From a virus (Duplodnaviria > Caudoviricetes): 64,000 bases of DNA. The notes under the pieces were generated by a model. That model made no database searches. It was not told the DNA's origin and saw nothing but the letters and a program-made list of their open reading frames with translations. The stretch spans positions 2,019 to 66,018 of IMG/VR virus record IMGVR_UViG_3300044295_000092. The stretch is one strand, 5' to 3'. The translations under genes were made by a program, and so were the position numbers. Shown here piece by piece: positions 28,283 through 39,000 of this stretch; within the stretch, counting starts at the first letter, position 1, and each line of letters begins with the position of its first letter.

Positions 28283-30184
28283 ATGACTCACCACCAATCA
28301 GCACAAGGTTTAGCATCCCTAGGTCGCCGTGGCGACAGTATGCTTGTCCATATGAGCCCTCATGAAGTGGCTGGACTTAACTATTTAGCTCAAAAACAAG
28401 GCACTAAACTTACTGTAAACCCACATACAGGTCTTCCTGAAGCATTTAGTTTAGGTGGTTTCTTTAGTTCGTTCTTACCTACCATTGCTGGTATGGCTTT
28501 TGCACCTGAAACAGGTGGGTTTTCAATGGCTCCACTATTAGCAGGTGCTGCAACAGGTGCTGGTCTTGCAGCTATTAAAAAAGAAGATCCCTTAATGGGG
28601 GCTTTAATGGGTGGATTAGGTGGTTATGGTGGAGGACAATTAGGTCCTGCTTTATCAAATGCTGCAGGTGCTGGAACTATTGCTCCAGATGTATTAAATA
28701 AAGGTATGCAACAAGTTGTTGCAGGTGGCGCTGATATAGCTAATCCATTAGTTAAAGATTCTATTACTCAAACAGTTTCTAGTAGCTTAGGAATATCTCC
28801 AGCAGAGGCCGCTAATATGGTTAAATATGGACCTTTAACTGCTGAACAAGGTACTATTCTTTCAAATGTAGGACAATATGGTCCATTAACTGGAGGTAGT
28901 AGTGGAGTAGCAGGTACTGGGTTTATGGATAAATTATCTCAAGCAGGTACAGGATTAAAAAATATAGCTACAGGTCAGCCAGGTGCGTGGGATGCATTTA
29001 AAGCTGCAGGTGGTACAGGAACTCAATTAGCACTACCAGTAGGCGGTGCAGTATTAAGTGGATTAGAACCATCTGATTTATATGGTGAACCTTTAAAAAC
29101 AAATGATAAAGGTAAATACAATCCATACTCAACATTAAATTTAGGTAATGATACTGGTTTAAGATTATATGCAGGGGGTGGAGCTATTGGTAATCCATCA
29201 GTAGGTCAAGGTATATCCGATTTATATAATAGACCAGAAGGTCAAACTAATGAAATATTATCTAGAGATGGATATGGCATAGGTAGATTAGATAACTTAG
29301 CTGCTCAACAATCATTAGATCAAGCTAAAACTATGGGTTATGCTATGGGCGGTCCAGTAAGTTTTGCTGATGGTGGTGATGCTATGAAATTGTCTGATGA
29401 AATTCCAGCAATAGATCAAGGTATGGGATTAGGTTCATTAGCTCCAGTTACATCACAATCAATGCCTACACAACAAGTACAAAATGCTGCAATATCAGGT
29501 GCACAAGCACAACCTAGTGATAGTGGTATTATTGCACAAGTAGCAACAAAACTAAAAACTGATCCTAATTATCAACCAACCAACCCTATTGAAGTAGCAA
29601 TTGCTAAACAATTAAAAGGTGATAGTGGCCAACAAGGTCAAGGCTTAGGATCATTAGGCTCTGCACAACCTTCACAACCGATGGTACCAAGTTATAATGC
29701 ATCACAACCTATCGGACCAACTTATTATGCTGGTATGAATGCACCAAGAAGTTATGCACAGGGTGGTTTAACAACTGAAGGGTATAATTATAATAATTTA
29801 CCTACTTTAAATTTAAATACTGGTCTAAGTACATTACCCGGTGCAATGGGTGGTAATAGATTTAAAAAAGGTCCACCAGTATTACAAACACCTCACCCTG
29901 TTAAAAAATATAATATGGGGATGATGGCTAAAGGTGGTTATTTAGATGGTGCTGGTGATGGTATGAGTGACTCAATTCCTGCTACGATAGAAGGCAAACA
30001 ACCAGCTCGCTTAGCTGACGGTGAATTTGTGGTACCAGCAGATGTAGTTTCTCATTTAGGTAATGGCTCATCAAAAGCAGGATCACAAAGATTATATGCG
30101 ATGCTAGACAAAGTTCGTAAAGCTCGTACAGGACATACTAAACAAGGTAAACAAATCAATCCTAATAAATACTTACCTGCATGA
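28283..30184 (+). CDS. Putative internal virion/ejection protein
   Basis: 'GR.GDSMLVHM.P.E...VNP.TGLPEAF' N-terminus, repeated (Y/F/M)AxGG, C-terminal 'GDG.SDSIPA...LADGEFVVPADVV'. Confidence 0.65.
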   Translation: MTHHQSAQGLASLGRRGDSMLVHMSPHEVAGLNYLAQKQGTKLTVNPHTGLPEAFSLGGFFSSFLPTIAGMAFAPETGGFSMAPLLAGAATGAGLAAIKKEDPLMGALMGGLGGYGGGQLGPALSNAAGAGTIAPDVLNKGMQQVVAGGADIANPLVKDSITQTVSSSLGISPAEAANMVKYGPLTAEQGTILSNVGQYGPLTGGSSGVAGTGFMDKLSQAGTGLKNIATGQPGAWDAFKAAGGTGTQLALPVGGAVLSGLEPSDLYGEPLKTNDKGKYNPYSTLNLGNDTGLRLYAGGGAIGNPSVGQGISDLYNRPEGQTNEILSRDGYGIGRLDNLAAQQSLDQAKTMGYAMGGPVSFADGGDAMKLSDEIPAIDQGMGLGSLAPVTSQSMPTQQVQNAAISGAQAQPSDSGIIAQVATKLKTDPNYQPTNPIEVAIAKQLKGDSGQQGQGLGSLGSAQPSQPMVPSYNASQPIGPTYYAGMNAPRSYAQGGLTTEGYNYNNLPTLNLNTGLSTLPGAMGGNRFKKGPPVLQTPHPVKKYNMGMMAKGGYLDGAGDGMSDSIPATIEGKQPARLADGEFVVPADVVSHLGNGSSKAGSQRLYAMLDKVRKARTGHTKQGKQINPNKYLPA

Positions 30185-30594
30185 ACAAAGTACAAATAGT
30201 AACTCCAAATAATGTATATTCAGTTTGGGGTGATGTAGAAAATTATTTAAATGCTTCTATTAATGTAAGTAATAATGATATAACATTAGAGCAATTAAAA
30301 CTTATATTAGCTAGAGGTGAACAAACATTACTAGTATCTACAGATGATAAAGGTAATCTTAACGGTGCCATGACTGTAGAGTTTCAAAATTTACCTAATA
30401 ATAGAGTGATGTTTATAACTGCATTGGGTGGTAATGGTATTGTAAACAAAGATACATTTGACCAAGTAGAAATTTGGGCAAGAATGCAAGGTGCAACAAA
30501 AGTAAATGCTTGGGCCCAAGAAGCACAAGCTAGGTTATATAAAATAAAAGCAAATTTTAATACTGTAAGAATGGTTGTGGAGAAAGACTTATGA
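30181..30594 (+). CDS. Hypothetical protein, possibly GNAT-like fold
   Basis: 137 aa between ejection genes; alpha/beta pattern 'FITALGG...WAR.QG..KV'. Confidence 0.45.
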   Translation: MNKVQIVTPNNVYSVWGDVENYLNASINVSNNDITLEQLKLILARGEQTLLVSTDDKGNLNGAMTVEFQNLPNNRVMFITALGGNGIVNKDTFDQVEIWARMQGATKVNAWAQEAQARLYKIKANFNTVRMVVEKDL

Positions 30595-31700
30595 AATTAT
30601 TAAACTTATTTAATTGGGTACAAAACCTAGTTGAGTCATTTACATTTTATGGTTCCAGTGGTGGTGGAGGTGGAGGTAATACTACATCTACTTCTTATTC
30701 TACAAATTTACCTGAATATGCTAAACCATACTATGAAGAGCTACTAAAACAAACTGGTAAAGCTGTTTATACAACTGATTCTGCAGGTAATGTAACTGGT
30801 GTGCAACCAATGCAAACGTATACTGGTTCTAGATTAGCTGGATTTACACCAGGTCAACAAGCGATCCAACAAGAAGTAGCAGGTTTAACAACTCCAGAAG
30901 GTTTTAATCAAGCAACAGCAGGACTTAATGTAGGCCAAAATATGGGTTTTGGTGCCAGTGCATTGGGTCTAGGTCAAGCATTTGGATATAACCCTGTTAC
31001 TCAAACAGGTGGTACTTTTGATGCTAATGCTGCACAAGCATATATGTCTCCATATCAATCTAATGTAACTGATATTGCAATTAGAGAAGCTCAAAAGCAA
31101 GCTGAGATTGATAGAAATAATAGAATGCAAGGAGCTATTGGACGTGGTACATTTGGTGGTGCTCGTCAAACATTAGCTGATGTAGAAGCACAAAGAGGAA
31201 CTAATCTAAACTTAGCTGATATTAGAGCTAAAGGTCAACAAGCTGCGTTTGAAAATGCACAAAAAATGTTTGGAGAAGATCAAGCTAGACGTTTACAAGC
31301 TGCTCAAATGACACAACAAGGTCAACAATATGCTGCAGGTTTAGGTAAAGATATAGGTCTTGCTGGATTACAAGCAGGTATTGATACTTCTAAAGGTTTA
31401 GCAGCTACAGCAGCGGCTGAACAAGCAGCTAATTTAGATCGATTAAAAGCACAAGCAGCTAGTGCAGCTGAACCTCAAGCTATGCAACAAAGACAACTTG
31501 ACTTAGCTTATCAACAATTCATGGAAAAACAAAACTATCAAAAACAACAGCTTGAATATCTTAGCAATATTCTTCGTGGTAATGCAGCGGCTTTGGGTTC
31601 AACTCAAACACAATACACACCAGCTCCTAGTTTAGCATCTCAAGTAGGTGGACTAGGATTAGCAGGATTAGGGCTATATAATCTATTAGGTAAAGGTTAA
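30591..31700 (+). CDS. Putative DNA-ejection/pilot protein
   Basis: A/Q/G-rich, 'YMSPYQ..V', 'G.FGG.R', hydrophobic G/L C-terminus. Confidence 0.65.
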   Translation: MKLLNLFNWVQNLVESFTFYGSSGGGGGGNTTSTSYSTNLPEYAKPYYEELLKQTGKAVYTTDSAGNVTGVQPMQTYTGSRLAGFTPGQQAIQQEVAGLTTPEGFNQATAGLNVGQNMGFGASALGLGQAFGYNPVTQTGGTFDANAAQAYMSPYQSNVTDIAIREAQKQAEIDRNNRMQGAIGRGTFGGARQTLADVEAQRGTNLNLADIRAKGQQAAFENAQKMFGEDQARRLQAAQMTQQGQQYAAGLGKDIGLAGLQAGIDTSKGLAATAAAEQAANLDRLKAQAASAAEPQAMQQRQLDLAYQQFMEKQNYQKQQLEYLSNILRGNAAALGSTQTQYTPAPSLASQVGGLGLAGLGLYNLLGKG

Positions 31701-31702
31701 TT

Positions 31703-33004
31703 ATGAATATCGTTAAATTACAAAACGAATTAAAAAATATACCGGATCAAGCTCTTATAGGATATGTTCAAAACCCTACAGGTCAAGTACCTACCTACTT
31801 AGCATTAAGTGAATTACAACGTCGTAAAGACATGAGAGAAAAATTTCAGCAACAACAAAAACCTGAATCAACAGTAGCTGAAGATTTAGTAGCACCACCT
31901 GCTAAGCCACAAGGTCTTGCTGCATTAACTCAATCTACTGCACCTCAAGAATCTGGTGTTGCGGGTCTTCCTGTACCAGATCAAATGTTTAGTGGTAAAG
32001 GTATGGCAGCGGGTGGTATCGTAGCGTTTGCTGGTGGTGGATCTACATTAGATGATTATGGTATTGATATGCCTGTTGTTCCTACCTATGATGATTTAAA
32101 AATGGAAAACTTTAATGCTATGCAACAATATGGCGTTGATCCTGAGTTTTATGCTAAACAAGCTAAAGAGTTACAAAAACAAAGAGAAGAATTAAAAGGT
32201 GAAAAAACAGATGCTGGATGGATGGCATTAGCTCGTGCAGGTCTTGGTATGGCTGCAGGTACATCTCCGTATGCATTAAAAAATATTAGCGAAGGTGCTG
32301 TACAAGGTGTTACTCAATATGCTGCTGATATTAAAGATATTAAAGCTCAAGATAGATTACTCAAACAAGCAGATATGAAACTAGCTGAAGCTCAAAATGC
32401 TCAAAATCGTGGTGATGCTCAAGGTGCTCTTAAATCTATGGAAGAAAGAAAGAACACATTACTTAATGCTCAACTTAAAAGAGCTGAAATTCTTAGTAAA
32501 GATGCTATTGCAAGGGCTAAAGCTACAGGTGATAAAGATAAATTGGAGTCCGCAATAAAAATACAAGCTGCTAAAATAGGAGAGCAGAAATTTATAAATG
32601 CTTATCCTTCAGGTTCTGTATCGGGTTACTTAGGTGATAACCAAGCATTAACACAGTTTATTAGAAATAGATTTATTAAAGATACTGAAAACTATTTACG
32701 CAATGGTACGGAAGCTCCTATCCCAAGTGAGCAAAGTCTTATTAAAGAGTTTGAAGCATTGTATCCAAAATCAAAACCTGCTAGTGGTAAACCAGATAAT
32801 AAACCAGCAGCTAAACCAGCTTCTAAAGTTAGTGGTCCTGATAGCGCATTAAATATACCTAGACCAGCAAACATTCAAAAAATTATTGATAAACATGCAG
32901 CTAATGCAAATAAAAGATATAATACTACTAATACAGATGAGGAATTAAATACTAATTGGGACTTAGCAGGTCAAGGATTGGATGATCCGTACTACCAAGA
33001 TTAA
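31703..33004 (+). CDS. Putative internal virion protein
   Basis: 'MAAGGIVAFAGGG' motif, coiled coil, position among ejection genes. Confidence 0.6.
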   Translation: MNIVKLQNELKNIPDQALIGYVQNPTGQVPTYLALSELQRRKDMREKFQQQQKPESTVAEDLVAPPAKPQGLAALTQSTAPQESGVAGLPVPDQMFSGKGMAAGGIVAFAGGGSTLDDYGIDMPVVPTYDDLKMENFNAMQQYGVDPEFYAKQAKELQKQREELKGEKTDAGWMALARAGLGMAAGTSPYALKNISEGAVQGVTQYAADIKDIKAQDRLLKQADMKLAEAQNAQNRGDAQGALKSMEERKNTLLNAQLKRAEILSKDAIARAKATGDKDKLESAIKIQAAKIGEQKFINAYPSGSVSGYLGDNQALTQFIRNRFIKDTENYLRNGTEAPIPSEQSLIKEFEALYPKSKPASGKPDNKPAAKPASKVSGPDSALNIPRPANIQKIIDKHAANANKRYNTTNTDEELNTNWDLAGQGLDDPYYQD

Positions 33005-33007
33005 ATA

Positions 33008-36000
33008 ATGGATGATTTAAAAGAACTCTATAGAGTCCTAGAAAATGCAGATGCTGCTGGTGATGAAGCTTCAGTAGCAGAATTAATACCTTACATCAAA
33101 CAGGTTGAAGCTGCACAAGCTCAACAAGCTGTAGAAGAAACCCCCGTAGAAGCCCCACAAGCTGATTTAACTAAACCCCCTAAAGTTATACCTAAACCAT
33201 CTATTGATGTTATGGGTCGTCAATTTACACCTGAAGAATATGCAAAATATTCAGGTATGCCTATAGCTGCTAAACCAGGTGAACAAGCTAAAGGTGCTTT
33301 CTCAGGTTCATTTGGTAGAAGCATTTATAATTTAGCTGCTGATCTTGCGTTAGCGCATGGTAAAGCTACAGGTAATGTTGATGAAGCTGAAGCTACTGCT
33401 AAACGATTAAGAGAGTATGGGGCTAATACATATACGGATACTACTAAAGGATGGAAAGAAGATCCTTTAACTAAAATACTAGAACTAGCAGGTGGTTCTG
33501 CGCCATACATGGTTGGTCCTATTACAGCTGCTTTAGGTTCTACAGCATTAGGTGCAACGGGTGCTGTTGCAGTAGCTGCTCCATTATTAACTTCTGCTAC
33601 TCAATTTACTGGTTCTAACTTGCAACGTCAAATGGACCAAAACAAAAAACTTGCTGATACAAGTTTATTAAAAGCAGGTGCTTTGGCTATTCCACAAGCA
33701 GCTCTTGACCAAATTGGTTTTAGATTTATTCCAGGAATCAAAAAATTATTTGGTGCTGCAGGTAAAGAAATTACTGATGAAGCAGCAAATGCATTAGTTC
33801 AAAAATCAATACTCTCTAAAGCGGGTGAAAAAATACTAGCTACAGGAGAAGCTATGACTGTTGAAGGCGGTACTGAAGCTGCTCAACAATTATTAGAAAG
33901 ACTTCAAGCAGGGTTATCTATTACTAGCCCTGAAGCTATGCAAGAATACTTTGATAGCTTTATTGGTGGAGCTGTATTAGCTGGTGGTTTAGGAACTGCT
34001 GGACATGTAGTAGAATCTGTTGCATCGAGATTTCCTGAAAAACCTACAACAGAAACTCCTGAAACTCCTGAAGTAGAAGCCCCACTTACCGAACAGAAAC
34101 GCCCATCAAGAGAAACTTTAAAACGTCAGTTTAAAAAGAGTGCTCAAGAACAAGCTGACGAAGTTAACAGAGTTAAACAAGAGGAAGCGGATAAACTTAA
34201 AGCCGCTCAGACTCAACAAACTATATCTGAAGCCGCTGACTTAGAAGGAGCAGCACCTATAACACCAGGTGTCATTACTCCGACTACGTTAACTTCGTGG
34301 GGTATTAGAAAAGGTTCTAATGCATATAAAGCTTTAGAAGGTGTAGATGCAAGCACTCCAGAAGGCCGAGACCTTATGGATAAAACATTAGAAGCACATA
34401 CAGGTAAAATAAACGAACAAGCGGTAGATACATTTACAACCTTACTCGATCAGAAAGTGAAGGCACCCGATGCAAGAATTGACCTTGGAACAACTCGAAT
34501 TAGCGATGCAGTACTTGGAGGACAAAAATATGGCACTCCCGGAGGAGTTGAAGGACGTTACGGACCTACAACTGATATCAGTGGAGGTCTTGCTGGAGTC
34601 GATCAAGAGGGAAAGGGCGCAGGCGACGTTACATTAAAAGGTCCTGAAGCCAAAGCTAAACCTGAAACATTAAAAAGTGGCGAACGACTACTTAATATTC
34701 AAGAATTACTCAACGACCCTAATCCACAACAAAGACGTGCAGCTAGACGTAAGTTTGTTGATATGTTTCAAACATATCAAGCCAATGAACTTATTAAAGA
34801 AGAAGCTAAAGTTGAACGTGCAGAACGAGAAAAACTTTCTAAGCTTAAAAAGACTGAGTATCCGATTGTTGACCAATCAACTAATCTAGCAAACATCTTA
34901 AGTACTCTAAAAGATAAACCTAACTATCTCATTGAAGATTTAAGAAATGAAGATGTGCCTGATGCTGAACGTCAAGAACTTAATCAGCATGCTCGTGATT
35001 ACTTATTAGCAGAAAGTCTACGCAACAAATATAAAGTGCGTATGACACCTGAAGAAGTTAAAGCTCTAGAACAAGAAGGTGAAAAGGTTGCTCGCACGGA
35101 AAAGCCTCTCTCTGAAGATGAGTTTAAAGACTTACAAGAAGAATTTTTATCTAGACAAGCAGCAGAAAAAGGTCCACTAGAAGCTCGTGCTCCAGAGATA
35201 CAATCTACAGGTGAGACACCTGAAAGTATTGAAGGCGCATTCCAAAAACAATATGGTAAAAATGTACGTCTAGCTAAACAACGTGGACTATTAAACTTCC
35301 TAAATGATGTATCTGAGTTACCTCCTGAAATAGGTAAAGTAAGTCCTAATACTAAAGCTGTATACCATAAAGGTAAAGGTTACTTTATCACTAATCGTAT
35401 TACCAAAGAAGATGCACCACGTATGCTTCTACATGAGATTGGTGTGCACTATGGCTTAGAAGGCATGCTAGGCACCAATAACTACAAACGTTTAGTTAAA
35501 CAAATTAAACAAAATCATCTTACCGACAAAGAATTAAAAGCAGCTTGGGACAATACTGTAGATACTTATCCTGAATACGCTGAAGGTAGTGAAAACTTCA
35601 TGCAAGAAGTCATTGCTAACTTGAGTGAGTCTGCTCCTAACAATTCTATAATTCGTCAAATTATAGGTTACATTAAACAGTTCCTATCTAAACTAGGTTA
35701 TGGTTGGGACATTAATAAGATCACAGCTGATGACATTCGTGATATGGTTCAGCACTCTGTGCGTATGTCTCTTGCAGGTAAAATTAAAGGTGTTGAACCT
35801 GAACTTGTTATGGCAGCAGAAGAAACAGGTGCACCTAAACCTACATACTATTCAGCTCTATCTCGTGTTATTACTAATGCACAGTTTAAAAATAATGTGT
35901 CTATTCAATCAGGTGAGCAGTGGGTTAACTGGCTCAATAGCAAAACATCTGAAGCAGGTGTTAAACGTGATGAATTAGAATTCTCAGGTCTATTAGAATT

Positions 36001-39000
36001 TTTAGAGTTAAATAAATCAGAGAAATTTAATAAGCAGGATATATTAAATTACCTTAATGATAACGGCACTAAAGTTTCTGAATATATGTATGGCGAAGGA
36101 GAAGGTAATGCTTACTCTGACCAAGATAGAGATGAATGGGTAGCCGATGCTTTTTCAGAATGGGAAGAATCTCAACCTGACTTATGGAGTCAAGCTAATG
36201 ATGAGGCCGCAGATACTTATGACTTCCCTTATTATGTTAAAGAAGAAACAGATAATGAAGGAAATACAGGTTATAGAGTATATGTTGAAGGAAGTCTTGT
36301 TTATGATGAGTTTTATCCTTCAGAAGATGAAGCACAACAAGTAGCTGATGAGGCCAATAGCGAAGGTCTTAATGAATATGCAGATAATATTCATGAAAGA
36401 TTAGCATATGAATTTAATGGCGCTGCTGACGCTGTTAGAGATGAGTTATATGATCAGTGGGATGAAGATCATGCAAATGTAAAAACTAAATATTTAGATT
36501 GGACTTTAGAAGGTGGAGATAAAAAATACACTGAAGTTATAATTGCTCTACAAAACCCTAAAAAGGGAACAGCATTTTCTCATCAACATTGGCCTGATAT
36601 TTCTAATCCGATAGCTCATTATCGTGTAAATGCACGTATGGATGATAAAGGTAATAATGTTTTATTTGTAGAAGAAATACAATCTGATTGGGCACAAGCT
36701 CCTAAGAAACTTCGTAAAAAACATATTAAAGAATTAGCAGAAAAATATAAAATTGATGAGAAGAAAATTGCTCAATTTGTTCCAGGAGATTGGGGATTTA
36801 TAAGAAAATCTTCTCCTGAGCAAATAAAAGAAATTAATGAAATAATTAATAAGTTACAAGAATTTAAAGCTGCTAGAAGGCAACTATCAGATCAAATTTC
36901 TAAACTTTTAGATTTTAGAAATCAATTTGCAGATATTATTGATACGGAAGTTCGTAAACGAATTGGCCCTATGGATGCTACTGAACGTGGTTATGACATG
37001 ACACGTTATGATTATATTAAAAGTGTTTTAAATAATGACATTGAAGGAAAGACAACCCCTTCTGGATATAAAATAGACGGTAAAATAATTAGAGACATAT
37101 TAAATGAACCTATTGTTGATGGAAACATTGAACAGTATCATAAAAATCAAGATACTTTAGATAAGTTATTATATAAAGAAGAACAACTTGTTCAAAAAAT
37201 AGATGACCTTGAATCTAAAAAAGAAGCTTTTTCTCAATCAGGAAAATTTGAAAGAGGTCCATTTATTCAAGATACTGAAGCATGGAGTAATCTTGTTCTT
37301 AAAAATATTATTAGGTTTGCTGCAGAACGTGGATACGATAAAGTGGCTTTTGTTAATGGCAAGCAAGCTGCATTTAAAGGCGGTAAGGCAGAAAGAATTG
37401 ATGAAGTATTTGGAACTAAAAACGAAGATGGTACATTTACTATATATGCTACATTAAAAGATGGTGGTGGTAGATCTCGCACAATAGAAAAAGTTCGTGA
37501 CTTAGATTTAGAAGATTACGTAGGTGGTCTTGCTGATAAAATGCGTTCACTTAAAGTAGGTGAGACAGATGGTTGGGATGCAGGGGAACTTAAACTACCT
37601 GCACAAGGTATGGTTGAGTTCTATGATCACTACATTCCTAGATATGCAGCTAAACTAATTAAGAAGTTAGGTGGCACACAACTAGAAAATATTGAACTCA
37701 TACCACCAAATCAAGATCGTCCTGTCGATGAAAAAGTTGGTAATCAAATAGGCTTTACAGTAACTTCAGCTATGAAAGAAAAAGCCATGGCTGGTCAACC
37801 CCTATTTGCTCGTGCATCTAAACAACAACTTGATGAAGATTTAAAGAAATCAGGCACAGTAGGTAAAGAAGAAAAAGGCCTCCCAACTTTAAGAGAAAGG
37901 TTCATGGGAGCACCTTTAAAAACAATTGATGAATTAATTGCTGACTTTAGAAAATCATTCTTCTCATTCGATGCAGCTATTAACAATAAAATGATTATTG
38001 CTGCTAAGAAAATGGGATTAACTCCTAAGCAAATAGCAGATATGATTTATGCAACTCGAGTATCTCAAGCAGTTAAAGCAGATCAATTAGCTGATATGTG
38101 GATGGTGCATGGAGGTGTTCAATATGACCCTCAATCCTTCAGCTTTGTTGTAAAAGATTTAGCTAATAGTATGTCAACTATTAGAGAGCAATTAAAAGCT
38201 TTAGCTAAAAAATATGGCGTATCTGAATATGAAATGTATCAATATGGTAATGCTGCATTTGTATCACAACGCTCTAGAGAATTAGTCAATCACAATAATA
38301 GATTATATAGACGTATAGTAAAACTTTATGCGGCTGGTAAAACTGCTGCCGCTGATAAAGCAGCTGATAATTATAAGCTAGTTCACCAAACACCATCAGA
38401 AATAAAACGTGGGTTAAAATTCTTTGATACTATTCCTGAGCTTAAAAAAATTGCTAAAACATGGAATATAAATAGAAAACGTATTATAAACTTTGCAGTG
38501 GATCAAGGTTTATACTCTAGAGAAAAAGCAGATGATTTACTTGATGTTATTCACTATGTGCCTTTCTTTAGAGATAAACAAATTGAAAATAGAAAAGGCC
38601 CTAACTTATATAAACGAGGTCTACTTGATGCAGCAGTAGATAAACGATTAAAAGGTAGCTACCAACCTGTCCATAATGTATTTGTTAATATGGAATTATG
38701 GTCTAAGTATATATTTAAAAAATCTATTAATAATAGAATTGCTCAAGAAAAAATTAATTATTACTCTAAGCTATTACCTGATGATGTTAAAGTATTAAGA
38801 AACACTAGATCAGTTACAGGTAATAACGTAGCCGTTTGGCAAAAAGGTAAAGTTGTTAATTATGAGTTCCAAGGATACGATGGTGAAAGTATGGTGGATG
38901 GTTTTACAGGATTAGAACCTGCAACCATGTTACCAGGAGCCGCATTCTTTAGACCATTTAATACATTCTTACGTGCACAAATTGTATTAGAACCTTTATT

